DNA of 54,212 bases, counting the filler, from Squatina squatina (lineage: Eukaryota): assembly GCA_031763465.1 (NCBI GenBank). It is 3 parts of 3 records of this genome, joined end to end, with 100 filler letters (N's around TTAATTAATTAA, not from the genome) between each part and the next. Parts side by side here need not be neighbours in the genome. Positions count along the whole stretch, not along the records: positions 23,813 to 41,447 come from JARFOE010000115.1; 2 more parts are not named here. One strand, 5' to 3'. The notes below the pieces were generated by a model, which did not search any database, had not been told where the DNA came from, and was given only the letters and a program-made list of their open reading frames with translations. Each line of letters begins with the position of its first letter. Position 1 is the first letter of the stretch. This document shows positions 23,769-35,237 of this stretch, one piece after another. The position numbers and the translations under genes were made by a program.

Positions 23769-25564
23769 NNNNNNNNNNNNNNNNNNNNNNNNNNNNNNNN
23801 NNNNNNNNNNNNGCACTATCGTCCCTTGGTTTCGCTGTCTTCCTCCAATATAGCTATGGAAGTTGAAGGAGTGTTTAATAAAAGGGCTGTTTACAGTTTC
23901 TGGAAATTAAACAGTAATCTTTTCAAGAAATGAATAAACTTTCACGAAAAGCTAAGAAATATTGTACAGTAATAGGCAGGTACAGTTAAAGTTTTTCTTC
24001 TTGTGCAGGCTTTTATATTTTATGACACTGATGTGTTTAAAGAGTAGGCGGTATTGCAAAGTACTGTTTGTATTTTTCATTTTTTAATGTATGGGCCTCA
24101 TTAAATGATGGCAAAACCAGAGCAATTATCATTTATCTTAATATATAATTCACTAGGTCTTATTGTCACGGTTAGGGACCTAGGGCAGGAGACATGGGAA
24201 TAGAGATGAGTTGCAGAAGCACTAGGCAGAGGCTCTTGCAGCTTAAGCAAGCAGCTGGCACAGAAAAAAAGCCCAAAGTTTTGACATATGAGCTGAGGTA
24301 CTCACTGCCTCGTCAAGGCTCAGGAGGAACCATGCGAGGAAGACAGCGTTACGGTACTTAATGAACCTTCAGGATGATATTAATGAGCACTCTCTATCAG
24401 GCCCCTCAGCTCATCAATAATTTATCCCTCCTTATTCCTGATAGTTTGCGCTCTTCCTCTGCTCTGTCTATCGCTGTTACTCTTTTCCTCTGTTTCCCTT
24501 CCATATCACCAACCGTCCACTCCCAGAAGGGAGGCAATCCCATTCACGTGAACATGGGTAAAGTTAGCTTAAAGACTGCTTCTTTCATCCCTCCAATGCA
24601 TATAACTTTCTTTTTCAAATTCTGCCTCGGGAGAGCACTGCCCTTTTATTTTTTNNNNNNNNNNNNNNNNNNNNNNNNNNNNNNNNNNNNNNNNNNNNNN
24701 NNNNNNNNNNNNNNNNNNNNNNNNNNNNNNNNNNNNNNNNNNNNNNNNNNNNNNNNNNNNNNNNNNNNNNNNNNNNNNNNNNNNNNNNNNNNNNNNNNNN
24801 NNNNNNNNNNNNNNNNNNNNNNNNNNNNNNNNNNTTGATTGGTTTGTAGCTTGTTCCACTCTTCATCAAGCACTGTAGGGGTCTCAGTGGCTGCCAGCCA
24901 GGGCCTACACTCCATCTGTCTAATCACATCTATCCCCCACTTGCTTTTTTGGGTGAATCATAATAAATTATGCTCATGTGCATGTATTCTGACAATAAGA
25001 ATTTCCCATTGTGCGCCGCATCTTGCTGGTAAATGCTTGCAGACACTTGCAATCACGGCAGCTTGAAGCTGACTGTCCAAGATGAAGATTAATGATTCTC
25101 ACCTGAGTGACAGAGGAGGGGATTGGGGAGCAGGGAGGGTCATTTATCATCGCATGACAGGTGCCATTCAGTAGGACAGCATCTCCTGCATCACACTAGG
25201 GATGGTTCCATTCCTCTGGCCGTTAAGCAAGCACTTTAATAACAGCCCAGAATTAAAAGTCATTCTTTGGTGTAGGACTGACAGCTGAAAATAAGAAAAT
25301 CAATTCCTCACATGTTACAGTCCAACTAAGTGACCAGAGAGATCGGCTTTAATTTAGTGTTCAGAATGCATTTCAAGTAGGTTTGCATAATATGAAAAGA
25401 TCTTCAACTTCAGTTTCATTATATCGGCATATTAATGATTCTGTTTAAAGTTAGACGTGAATTTNNNNNNNNNNNNNNNNNNNNNNNNNNNNNNNNNNNN
25501 NNNNNNNNNNNNNNNNNNNNNNNNNNNNNNNNNNNNNNNNNNNNNNNNNNNNNNNNNNNNNNNN

Positions 25565-26280
25565 CCTGTAACGTCCCATTAGCGCCTCCGAGGGGCGCTA
25601 ATGGGACGTTTAAAAAAAGAACTGGCGTCGGGAGGCAGCCATCTCACCTCCCGGGAAATTCAGCTGGGGCACAAAGGCCCGCACCGTCGCAACACCCTTC
25701 GTGTACTATGTGCGGCCCGCGGGCGGAAGTCACGAGTGGAAGGTGGCCGCAGTGCGGCCGGTTGCAGCAATAAACCTGTTGTTGCAACGGGCCTCTTAAA
25801 GGGGAGGGTTTCTACGCAGCCAACTGACATCTTTATTTTTCAGCCAACTTCGCAGTCGGCCGAAAAATGGCGGCCCTCGGCCAGATCGGGCCGCCATCCC
25901 CTCGCTTGGCACACATGCCAGGCTGGTGGCCCAGTCTCTGGCGTCCCTGGTGGCCCAGTGTCGGGCCATGGGTGCATTCAGGATGGCCGGTAGCCCTCCC
26001 CTTTAAGGGAGGCCTGGCTGTGCTGCTGACGCCAGCATGCTGTGGTGCTGATGTCAGCATGCTGTGTGCTGACACAGCGTTTCGGACGCCAAAGATGTGG
26101 CGTTGAAGCCACGCCACCGGCATCTGAGCCCTGCCACCCCAGGAGCATCCGGGAGCGTGCTGCGTCCCGCAGGCGCCCCAGATCGATCAATTCCGGGAGG
26201 GGCGGGGTGGGCGCCAGCGAGAGAAATGCCGGTACCGCACCGTACACGTTCTAAACGCTTTGCCACTAAATTTCAGGTCC
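25565..26280. mobile_element. GC-rich Harbinger-type MITE (left end in gap)
   Basis: Perfect 17-bp hairpin at 25570-25610, internal inverted repeat at ~25790-25810/25993-26015, and right end aaatttcaggtccc. The left part is homologous (inverted) to 45070-45190. Confidence 0.65.
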
Positions 26281-26592
26281 CTGGTCTTTCTTTGAAGTCG
26301 AGGTAGGGTTCTTTGAAAAACCACCAGATTTTTTTTCAACAGTCCAGTAATAAGAATATTGATTATTTCTACCACCCAACTACGTACGGTGTGAACAATA
26401 ATCAAAGAAAAGTTCCATCTTCTCCTCAGTTGGAAACTTGCATAAATTATTATTCCAAAATTATGAGCTCCAAACACAACAAACTTGATCTGATGAGTTT
26501 CTGATCAGACAGTTCCAACCACAAAGGCATCCACACTTGAATCTCATAGCTTTTTACAGTTAGTATTTGTATATTCTTCCCCACAAAGACAT

Positions 26593-27333
26593 GGGCCTAG
26601 AAATTGGCTTCATTAGCGGCTCCTGTTATCACCTCTGGGGGCGATAACCACTTACTGACCGGGCGCGGCGAGATGAACGACTCCTTTAAATTCAGCAGGA
26701 CGTTTGCGGCGGCAGTAGGACATTGCGCCCCGATCTCCTTTGCCCGGAGATTGTGACATCATCGCCATGCGCATCGCTCCAGTAACACCCCGGATCCGAA
26801 ATTGCCTTCCGCCCCCTGCAGCAGTGTCAGGCGGAAACACCAACAGCTGCAGGAATCGTGCAGCGGGTGGCTGGCCGCTTCGGGAGCGATGTCTAAAGGT
26901 GAGGTGGCCGAGGTAAGTAAAAAAACCTGACCTTTGTTTGCCCACTCCTATTCCGGTTTCTCCGTGGGGTGGCTGTCCCGAACACTTAGCCCGTCACACT
27001 GCTTGTGAGCTGGGCTGATCGCATGGCACTCCCACTCCCTGGTAGTCCAGGTAGATCCCTTTTTATTATGCAGTGTTGGCAGTGTGGGCCCTTCCCTTTA
27101 AGTGGGGGAAGAGCCCCTCGGACGCAGCAGCACTAGGTGGTCCAGTGCGTAGCGCTGATGAGGCACCTGCCCCGTTACCACCCCTGGAAGGAAGTGGAGC
27201 GCTTATGTTCTACTTCCCTCCAGGGGCGGTAACCCGAATTTCTCGAGAGGGCGGGACTACCGCGCCTGGCGCAAAGTCTCGCGCCTCCCGAATGTTACCG
27301 CCCCCAAATGCGATGATAATGAATTTCACTCCC
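26593..27333. mobile_element. GC-rich Harbinger-type MITE
   Basis: Ends gggcctagaaattg...gaatttcactccc (imperfect TIR), subterminal hairpins, CpG-rich in an AT-rich background. No clean TSD. Confidence 0.6.
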
Positions 27334-27339
27334 TAAGTG

Positions 27340-27610
27340 TTGTTTTGAAGGGGTGGAACACAATGCCTGAAAATCCATAACAATGTCAGCTTGGATCATG
27401 GCCGTGAAGGAAAGTTTAGTGGTCAGGAGTTGAGTAGGGTAGGGAATTGAGAAAGTATGAGGTATATCCCATGAATTAGATAAGCCTGGAGAAGGTAAAA
27501 GGGAGAAAGTCGAAAAACAGTATAAATACAAGGGTTCAGGGCTTGAGTGGGTAGGTGACTGCGTGAGGCTATAGATTGAGCCTGAGAGGAAACAAGGAGA
27601 AAGCAAAGGC
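27340..27610 (-). mobile_element. Old L2 ORF2 fragment
   Basis: The minus frame SIPYPTQLLTTKLSFTAMIQADIV resembles the L2 RT segment DPIPTKLLTTQL...LADIVN. Confidence 0.55.
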
Positions 27611-28684
27611 AGCTTTACGGCTGGTCAATCTTAGAAGCAAACAGGATGAATTTCTTCACCACATTCAGTACATTAGAGGTATATAAACAGTACAGGAATT
27701 TTCTTTCCGCCTGATTTCCGCCGAGTAAAACACTTCCCCCGAGTTACCTCATGCTTTTTGATCCTTCTATCGATCCGCCTGCCCAGTCCTGACTGACCTC
27801 GTTTGCACACAGCAAAGTGTGAGCCAGTGGCTGCAGCTCCCAGTTTCCTGGTTTTGCACTCCTCAAGCAGCCTGGGTAACGTATGCTGAGATTTATATGG
27901 GACAGCAGCTGCCAGGATCACTTGAGATAGGCAGAAGTGGAAAGTTTCTGAGCCTGAAGTGTTTGAATATTGATTTCTACAGTGGGGAAGCATTTTTTTA
28001 GCAGTGTGATTTAAACAGTTTCAGTTAAAGCTTTTGAATGAGCTAAAATAGTGCCTAAGTTAAGCTTTATCTTTTGTAGTGTGTTCGTAAGCAGCCACTT
28101 CAGGTGTCAATAGTGTAACAACTAAAATTCTGATCATTTTGGCTTAACAAGCACTGCTGTCAACTTAGACTAGGCAAACCTTTCATAACTGAGAAAATGA
28201 AAAAGCACAAGTGCATTTTTGACCAAACACAATGGCTTGTGCATGCTATGAATGATTGTGAGTACGGATGACACAGGTACAGCACAGATTATGAGGGCGT
28301 GAAATTACTTGTCAGCAACAGATTGCAATAAATGAAGACAAGGAATGTCCATTTCCTGCCTTGTCTGCTCTATGTGTAGATTTCCAATTGATATTAGACA
28401 GAGACATGTTGAGAATACAGACTAACTACATAATTGCTCCATAAAATACTGTAAAAAGAGAAATGTTATTATCCCTCCTGTGTACACATGGATGTTACAA
28501 TCAGCAGACGCTACCGTTTCTGTGAAAGTTGTCGTAACGCTGCCTCTAACCATTGTTAACATTATTTTCACAACATTCAGTCTCGCTGCAGCACACTTAA
28601 ATAATCAGCAGCATCAGTTCCTAATTAATATTTCCCCCTTCCTTTCCTGGTGGGGTGCTTGCTGCCCTAATATATCTTAATGTA

Positions 28685-28860
28685 GCAGCCATTCTTCATC
28701 TGTGAGTGAGCAGGCACAGAGGCTATTAGAGTCTGCGGATCCTGATCCTGTCCTCACCAAACATCCATGCATGTGCATTTTCCAGCAGAAGTCACTGGAT
28801 ACCAGTTAAGAATAGGAATGACTGATTTTCCACTCGCTGGCCAAGAACCACTAAGACCTA
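28685..28860 (-). mobile_element. Fragment of SINE-like family B (see 41975)
   Basis: The reverse complement contains ccagtgacttctgctggaaaatgcacatgcatggatgtttggtgaggacaggatcagg, matching 49600-49680 and 42120-42190. Confidence 0.55.
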
Positions 28861-28869
28861 CTGCGAGGG

Positions 28870-29062
28870 AACGGTTGAGGCAAATAGTATAGATGCATTT
28901 AAGGGGAAGCTGGATAAGCACATGAGGGAGGAGGGAATGGAGGATTATGCTGATAGAGTTAAATGAAGAGGGATGGGAGGAGGCTCGAGTGGAGCATAAA
29001 CTGGTTAGCATGGACTAGTTAGGCCAAATGGCCTGTTTCTGTGCTGCATGTTCTATGTAATA
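28870..29062 (+). mobile_element. CR1 LINE 3' end
   Basis: gttgaggcaaatagtatagatgcatttaaggggaagctggataagcacatg (VEANSIDAFKGKLDKHM), followed by ggccaaatggcctgtttctgtgctg...ttctatg. Confidence 0.85.
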
Positions 29063-29329
29063 TCTCNNNNNNNNNNNNNNNNNNNNNNNNNNNNNNNNNN
29101 NNNNNNNNNNNNNNNNNNNNNNNNNNNNNNNNNNNNNNNNNNNNNNNNNNNNNNNNNNNNNNNNNNGGGGCACTGAAGCCGATGGCAGGTACCACCACTA
29201 TACTGTTTATATTTATATTCACTAACTTAGCACAGATCTAACAATATGGTCCAGCTACTCACTGCATTAACTCACTGAGCCATGGAAGAGCCACCTTCTT
29301 TAACTTATAAATAGATCTATGATATGTCT

Positions 29330-29460
29330 GTCCTCAATCACAGCAGCCATTGATGTGCTACAAATGGCTTCAAGACCGTAGGGTAGGGGTGGGGGGAAAA
29401 TCACCCAGGACTCCCACTCCTGATTGCTATCCAATGCTGGAAATGACATGCATGTGCATA
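29330..29460 (+). mobile_element. Fragment of SINE-like family B
   Basis: gctacaaatggcttca...ggaaaatcacccaggactcccactcctgattgctatcca...gctggaaa matches 42055-42140. Confidence 0.55.
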
Positions 29461-29479
29461 TTAGAATGCGCCCAATTTT

Positions 29480-30003
29480 CATTGCTGTGCCATTGGTGGC
29501 TGTGCCTTCAGCTGCCTAGGCCCTAAGCTCTGAAATAACCTCCCTAAACCACTCCGCCTCTCTACCTCTCTTCCCTCCTTTAAGACACTCCTTAAAACCT
29601 ACCTCTTTGGTCAAGCTTTTGGTCACCCGTCTTACTATCTCCTTATGTGGCATGGTGTCAAATTTTGTTTGATAATAAGAACATAAGAAATAGGAACAGG
29701 AGTGGGCCATTCAGACCTTCAAGCCTGCTCCGCCATTTAATAAGATCATGGCTGATCTTTGACCTCAAATCCACTTCCTCGCCCTATTTCCTTATTCCTT
29801 GATTCCCTTAGCGTTCAAAAATCTACCAATTTAAGATGCGCCTTAAAACCTACCACTTTGATTAAGCTTTTGGTACCCTGTCCTAATATCTCCTTATGTG
29901 ACTCAGTGTTAAATTCTGTTTGATAATCGCTCCTGTGAAGCAATGCCTTGGGGTGTGTTACTACATTAAAGGTGCTATATAGATGAAAGCTGTTGCTGTT
30001 GTT
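29480..30003 (+). mobile_element. L2 3' end with a 98-bp duplicated segment flanking a CR1 insertion
   Basis: gccttcagctgcctaggccctaagctctg...tttaagacactccttaaaacctacctcttt is the L2 ORF2 end. The tail ends gctatatagatgaaagctgttgctgttgtt. Confidence 0.8.
29677..29828 (-). mobile_element. CR1 LINE 3' end inserted in L2
   Basis: aagaacataagaaataggaacaggagtgggccattcagaccttcaagcctgctccgccatttaataagatcatggctgatc. Confidence 0.85.
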
Positions 30004-33000
30004 AATGTGAAAGCAGAATAGAGCTTGACTATGATGGCCTTCACAGCAGAATAGTTTTCTGACACTGATGGTGTCGGTTTACACATGGGGGGAAAAAAAA
30101 TGTCACTTGTGTGAGGTAGCGGCGACCTGTGCTGGGACCAGAAAACCCAGCAATGCCTGAGCAAGAGAGACACCACCTTTTGGGGAGAAAAGGTGAGAAC
30201 ATTTTAAAAGAAAGAAGTATGATATGCAAAGGAGGTATTCATTCTGACTGATCACAATGTTTGGAAAGCCTTTTCTTAATTAATGGTGTGCATCAGCAAA
30301 AGGAAACGGCAATGCTATTACAGCGCGTATATTTCAGGTACTTCATCTGACCTACCTACCGTGGAGTTATGACTGATAATGCTTGATATCCTTTTTGCAA
30401 CCCTAATTATAATTTTATTACTAAAATCTGCTTCCTTTCAATGACCGACATAAAAATACTTTAATGTTTTCTTCATATGAATTTCACAGCAATAAAAAAT
30501 TATTTATTCATTNNNNNNNNNNTCGTGTTTAATTTATTACAATGGCTTGATGATTACTTTCAGATAATCTTCCTCTGATCTAGGTGGTAGAATTCACTTA
30601 TCCTCTTATTTTATTTTTGTTTACCTCATCACTCTCTGTCTGAAGCATTCTCACTGTGGAATCATTAGTAATGTGGCCTGACACTTAGATAGAAGTCACC
30701 GAGCATTGTAACTTGGTATGACTTCAATTTAATCAAGGAAAAAATGGAGTAGCTCATGTGTTATTTTCAACTTCTTGGCCAGCCTGCCATTTGTGCAAGT
30801 CATTTTATGGTTGCCCAGTAATGATAGCTGTCAAAATAATAGTCTGCAGTTGAAAGGTNNNNNNNNNNNNNNNNNNNNNNNNNNNNNNNNNNNNNNNNNN
30901 NNNNNNNNNNNNNNNNNNNNNNNNNNNNNNNNNNNNNNNNNNNNNNNNNNNNNNNNNNNNNNNNNNNNNNNNNNNNNNNNNNNNNNNNNNNNNNNNNNNN
31001 NNNNNNNNNNNNNNNNNNNNNNNNNNNNNNNNNNNNNNNNNNNNNNNNNNNNNNNNNNNNNNNNNNNNNNNNNNNNNNNNNNNNNNNNNNNNNNNNNNNN
31101 NNNNNNNNNNNNNNNNNNNNNNNNNNNNNNNNNNNNNNNNNNNNNNNNNNNNNNNNNNNNNNNNNNNNNNNNNNNNNNNNNNNNNNNNNNNNNNNNNNNN
31201 NNNNNNNNNNNNNNNNNNNNNNNNNNNNNNNNNNNNNNNNNNNNNNNNNNNNNNNNNNNNNNNNNNNNNNNNNNNNNNNNNNNNNNNNNNNNNNNNNGGG
31301 AAATTGCCATATAATCATTTATGTTTACTAGGTCAGACTCCACTTGGTAATTCAAGCCAAGAGGAAATAAGGGCAAGTTTGTGTGCTCCAGACCAGAAAT
31401 GGTAAAGAAATGCATCCATTCATTTTTAGGGATTTTTTTGAAAAAGGCACTGTATTCACGATAGTCCTGTTTTGTTCATTGTATTGAGTTGCAGCGATTA
31501 ACAGGCAGCTTTTCAGAAGCGTGCAACTGCAAATCACAATCCGTATGTGCAGCAAGAACAAATAGAGATTGTGCTAAAACAGTTATCATTTTGTTGCTTA
31601 ACATTGCAAGCAAGAGTTCAAGTCCAATTTTGAAGCAGTTTCTCGATGAGGGCCTAACTTTTTGACATGATCCTCATCCATCACAGGAGGCCTTTTTAAC
31701 AACTGAATTTAATGTTTGGAAGCAAAAGGCTGAGGGGAAGCGACACTTTGTTGTAAGGAAAACATGCGTTCAAGTAAATAAAAGTATAACACATAATAAG
31801 CTTTTTTAAAAATCAGTGACATCACAGAAAGGAAGGTTAGTGGGTATTTCTCTTCTATTTCACTTTTCTCCCTCAAAAGGAGGGCATTAGCTCCAAGCTG
31901 GAAAACATTTTTAAAAATCAGTCGGGATAGATATACNNNNNNNNNNNNNNNNNNATTCATCTGTGGTAAGTGGTATCTAATGGTGAAAATAATGTTGAAT
32001 AATTTTCAAAATTTTATGCAATAATGGGTGTTTTGCATACTTCATTTCTGTTCATATCAACGAGTCCTTTTTTTGAACTGGACTACTATTCTGACAGAGT
32101 TTCCTTCTCTTAAAGTAGTTCTGACCCAGATGGCCTTTGGCAGTGAAATTTAATACACGCTGCTCTGCAGCCAAATCATCAAATTTTCCTGTGTGTATAT
32201 TGGGAGTCCTGTAATGTGCCTCCATTACAAAACAATGGCAGCATAATTGCCTTTGGTGGTAATTACCTAATGGCTGAGTCCTGTTCATTGGAGGTTCCCA
32301 ACGCTCATACTTCTTGTTGCTTGTTTTTTGACATTGATATATTTGGTTTCTTGATTCAGACATTGAGTATATTTGTTTGACTTGTTAACGCTGACTGCCC
32401 AGTTAACAAAACACAACTTGCTTTATTTCATTTTTTTAAAATTACTCGTTAATCGTCTAAAAAAAAGTTCAAAATGTATACTACTTTGGATTTTGTTCTT
32501 TTGTGATAGGTCCATGGACAATTCAACAGATCTCTTCTTCATCTGTACCTGTCTTTAAGTCAGCAAGTAGACACTTCTCTTGTTTATGATAGGATAAGTC
32601 TCAAGCAGGGCGTCAATTTCAGTGGGCCTATCAGTAATTAATGTGCTTATGCGCTTGTTTGTAAAAGGACCATCTTACCAACATTAAAAACAGCACTCTC
32701 AAATAGTGCTTTTNNNNNNNNNNTCAACTGCTCCAAGCCTTCTTTATAATGAACAGCTCTTTGTTTCTCACCACATCGCTAACCACTGTCATTGCCTTCA
32801 TTTTTTCAAAAAGTCACCAGATTTGTTAAATGATGCATGGAAACTTGACACTGTTGGCATTATACTGTTCAAAGTCCCAGTGACAACACTGTATTAATAT
32901 GGGCACTGGTCATCGAGTGTTCCTCTCATTTCTTCTAAATGTCAAGTAAGTTGTCCTACATGCTTTTCTTCCTCCCTGTATCCTCTGTTAAAGAGTTATT

Positions 33001-33138
33001 ACTCCATCTCTTACCTTAACTCATTGTTTACCCAAACTNNNNNNNNNNNNNNNNNNNNNNNNNNNNNNNNNNNNNNNNNNNNNNNNNNNNNNNNNNNNNN
33101 NNNNNNNNNNNNNNNNNNNNNNNNNNNNNNNNNNNNNN

Positions 33139-33579
33139 GTGCATTGGATTGCCCAGTGCATGCACTCTCTGACTCCGTGCATTGGATTGCCAAGTGCAGG
33201 CACTCTCTGACTCCATGCATTGGAATGCCCAGTGTCTGCAGCACTCTCTGACTCGGTGCATTGGAGTATCCAGTGCAGGCACTCTCTCACTCTGTGCATT
33301 GGATTGCCCAGTGCCTGCAGCACACTCTGACTCTGTACATTGGACTGCCCAGTGCAGGCACTCTCTGACTCCGTGCATTGTAGTGCCCAGTGCAGGCAGG
33401 CTCTGACTCCATGCATTGGATTGCCCAGTGCCTGCAGCACTCTGTAACTCCGTGCATTGGAGTGCCCAGTGCAGGCAGGCTCTGACTCCGTGAATTGGAT
33501 TGCCCAGTGCAGGCAGGCTCTGACTCCATGCATTGGATTGCCCAGTGCAGGCACTCTTTGATTCTGTACATTGGAGTGG
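33139..33579 (+). repeat. 38/41-bp minisatellite, ~11.4 units, starts at a gap
   Basis: Unit gtgcattggattgcccagtgcaggcactctctgactcc. Units starting at 33215, 33294 and 33411 are 41-bp variants. Confidence 0.95.
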
Positions 33580-34992
33580 TATTTAACCAATCACAGTTGA
33601 CATATCTGACCATCTATAATTGACTCTGAATTTCCTGTTAAGTACATAACCTTGACAAGTGCATTAATTATCGTGGCAGATAGCTTCTTCACAAAATAGA
33701 AATACTATACGTGCTGACCGAGGCAAAATACTGACAAGGAGGCAGGTTTTCCATCATGGCCTAATGCAGCCAGGCACAGAGTTACACGATATTTTGTTTT
33801 GAGCCCACCCTCCACAGCACTGTTCCGATCGATCGGGGTGAAGCCTTAAACAGTTGCAGAAAGCAAAATGCTTATACAGCACAATAGGTAAATCGTTCTA
33901 AGAGAAGCTTTGTTAGTGGTTGTGGTTAATTAACATTATTAGATGTAAAACCACCAAATGAGAGTATTGATGGTAATGTGGCGAAGGGATGTTAGTTGTA
34001 ATGACACCAGTTATTCAGTGTTTCTTTCCCAATACTCTTCTTCCTTGTTGTCCCTCGATATTGAATGACCCCTTTGGTCGATGCAATTTTTATTTGTGAG
34101 TGTTTAACTTTAGCAGCAATCTACCATGAGCAGGCTATGTATTCAAATGAGTTGTCAGGATTTCAGTATGTTTAATGATCTATTCCATGAGGTTGCACGT
34201 CTCATGTTGTAAAACATGCCGGACTGGCAACAGGTTCCTCGCATGAAAGATAAATGTTAACATGGACTGGTTGGGCCAAAATGGCCTGGTTCCTTTTTGT
34301 AACTTCTATTTATCTATGTAACTTGTGCATTGTTTACTACTGTCCCCTTGTTAATAATGGCAAATATTTTGGGTGAGGTGGTGCTGCCATTAATACTTAA
34401 TGTGAAATATGGGCGGGTGTATACAGCTTCCACCACCACATCTGGTCGGCAATCCCAGCAATGAAGCTCAATAAAATGCTCATAAAATCCATGTCAACAC
34501 ATCTCACGGCACACTTTTTACAGGACACGCTGAAATGAACATTTCACTCAGTCCAGACAAGGAATGCATGCTATTAGCATTCTAAACTTTCTTTCAATAG
34601 CTGCTCTTATGGCACAAGGAATGTATTACTGCCAGTGGCTCCTGATAGGAGTCTTCTTCAGCCAGGGCCAACCCAAAATGACGGTGCTGGATTCACTAAG
34701 ACCAGGTGCTGTGAAGACCAGGTAAACAAATGGGTCCTTCCAGCTGCTGGTCTGAGAAAATCCAGTAAGTTCACTTTGCATTTACTGCTGGCTTTCCAAG
34801 ACACCCTGCGTCAGGAGCCAATGGTACTAGAGCTGCACTTAACCCAATATAAAAGCAGGCTTTTACTTACAATGCAAGTCCACAGAAGATACGCTGAGGC
34901 TTTCCAATTCATTGGTTGGATTTCATTTTATAATACTGTGGCCAGTTTTGGTCAACAGGTGTAAAAATGTTTACTTCCATTAGAAAAGATAC

Positions 34993-35237
34993 GGGGACCC
35001 AATTGGTCTGCGCTGCATTTTAGACTTAAGGTGACCAAAAGGGCTGTTTCTCGTGCCCGTTTTGCGCTGAGGCTTTAAGTAGCGGTATTGGTGTCTTCAA
35101 ATTTTTTTTCGGGCGGGCAATAAAATGAGCTCTAAATCAGTGTTAATGTTTCCAGGTTCAGCGCTCATTGAACAAGACTGGTTTTAGCAGTCCAATTCAG
35201 CAAGCGATCTAAGTAGCTTCAATTATGTGTTAGGCCA
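34993..35237 (+). mobile_element. Harbinger-family element end, truncated by gap
   Basis: Begins GGGGACCCAATTGG, and the subterminal sequence (gtattggtgtcttcaaatt...gctctaaatcagtg) aligns with 42713-42870. Confidence 0.65.

Noticed and set aside
25435-27336. Cluster of overlapping GC-rich ORFs / CpG-island gene
   Set aside because: The ORFs occur on both strands within TIR-bounded, hairpin-rich MITEs and have no recognisable domains.
32052-32363. 103-aa minus-strand ORF
   Set aside because: No recognisable motif and no convincing splice boundaries. The length is compatible with chance.
33011-33038. Minus-strand exon end VWVNNEL with AG|gtaaga donor
   Set aside because: Only ~24 nt are visible before a gap, and there is no compatible downstream acceptor, so there is too little to call.
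33139-33579. CRISPR-like palindromic repeat array
   Set aside because: Units are head-to-tail with no unique spacers, there are no cas genes, and the context is vertebrate. It is a minisatellite.
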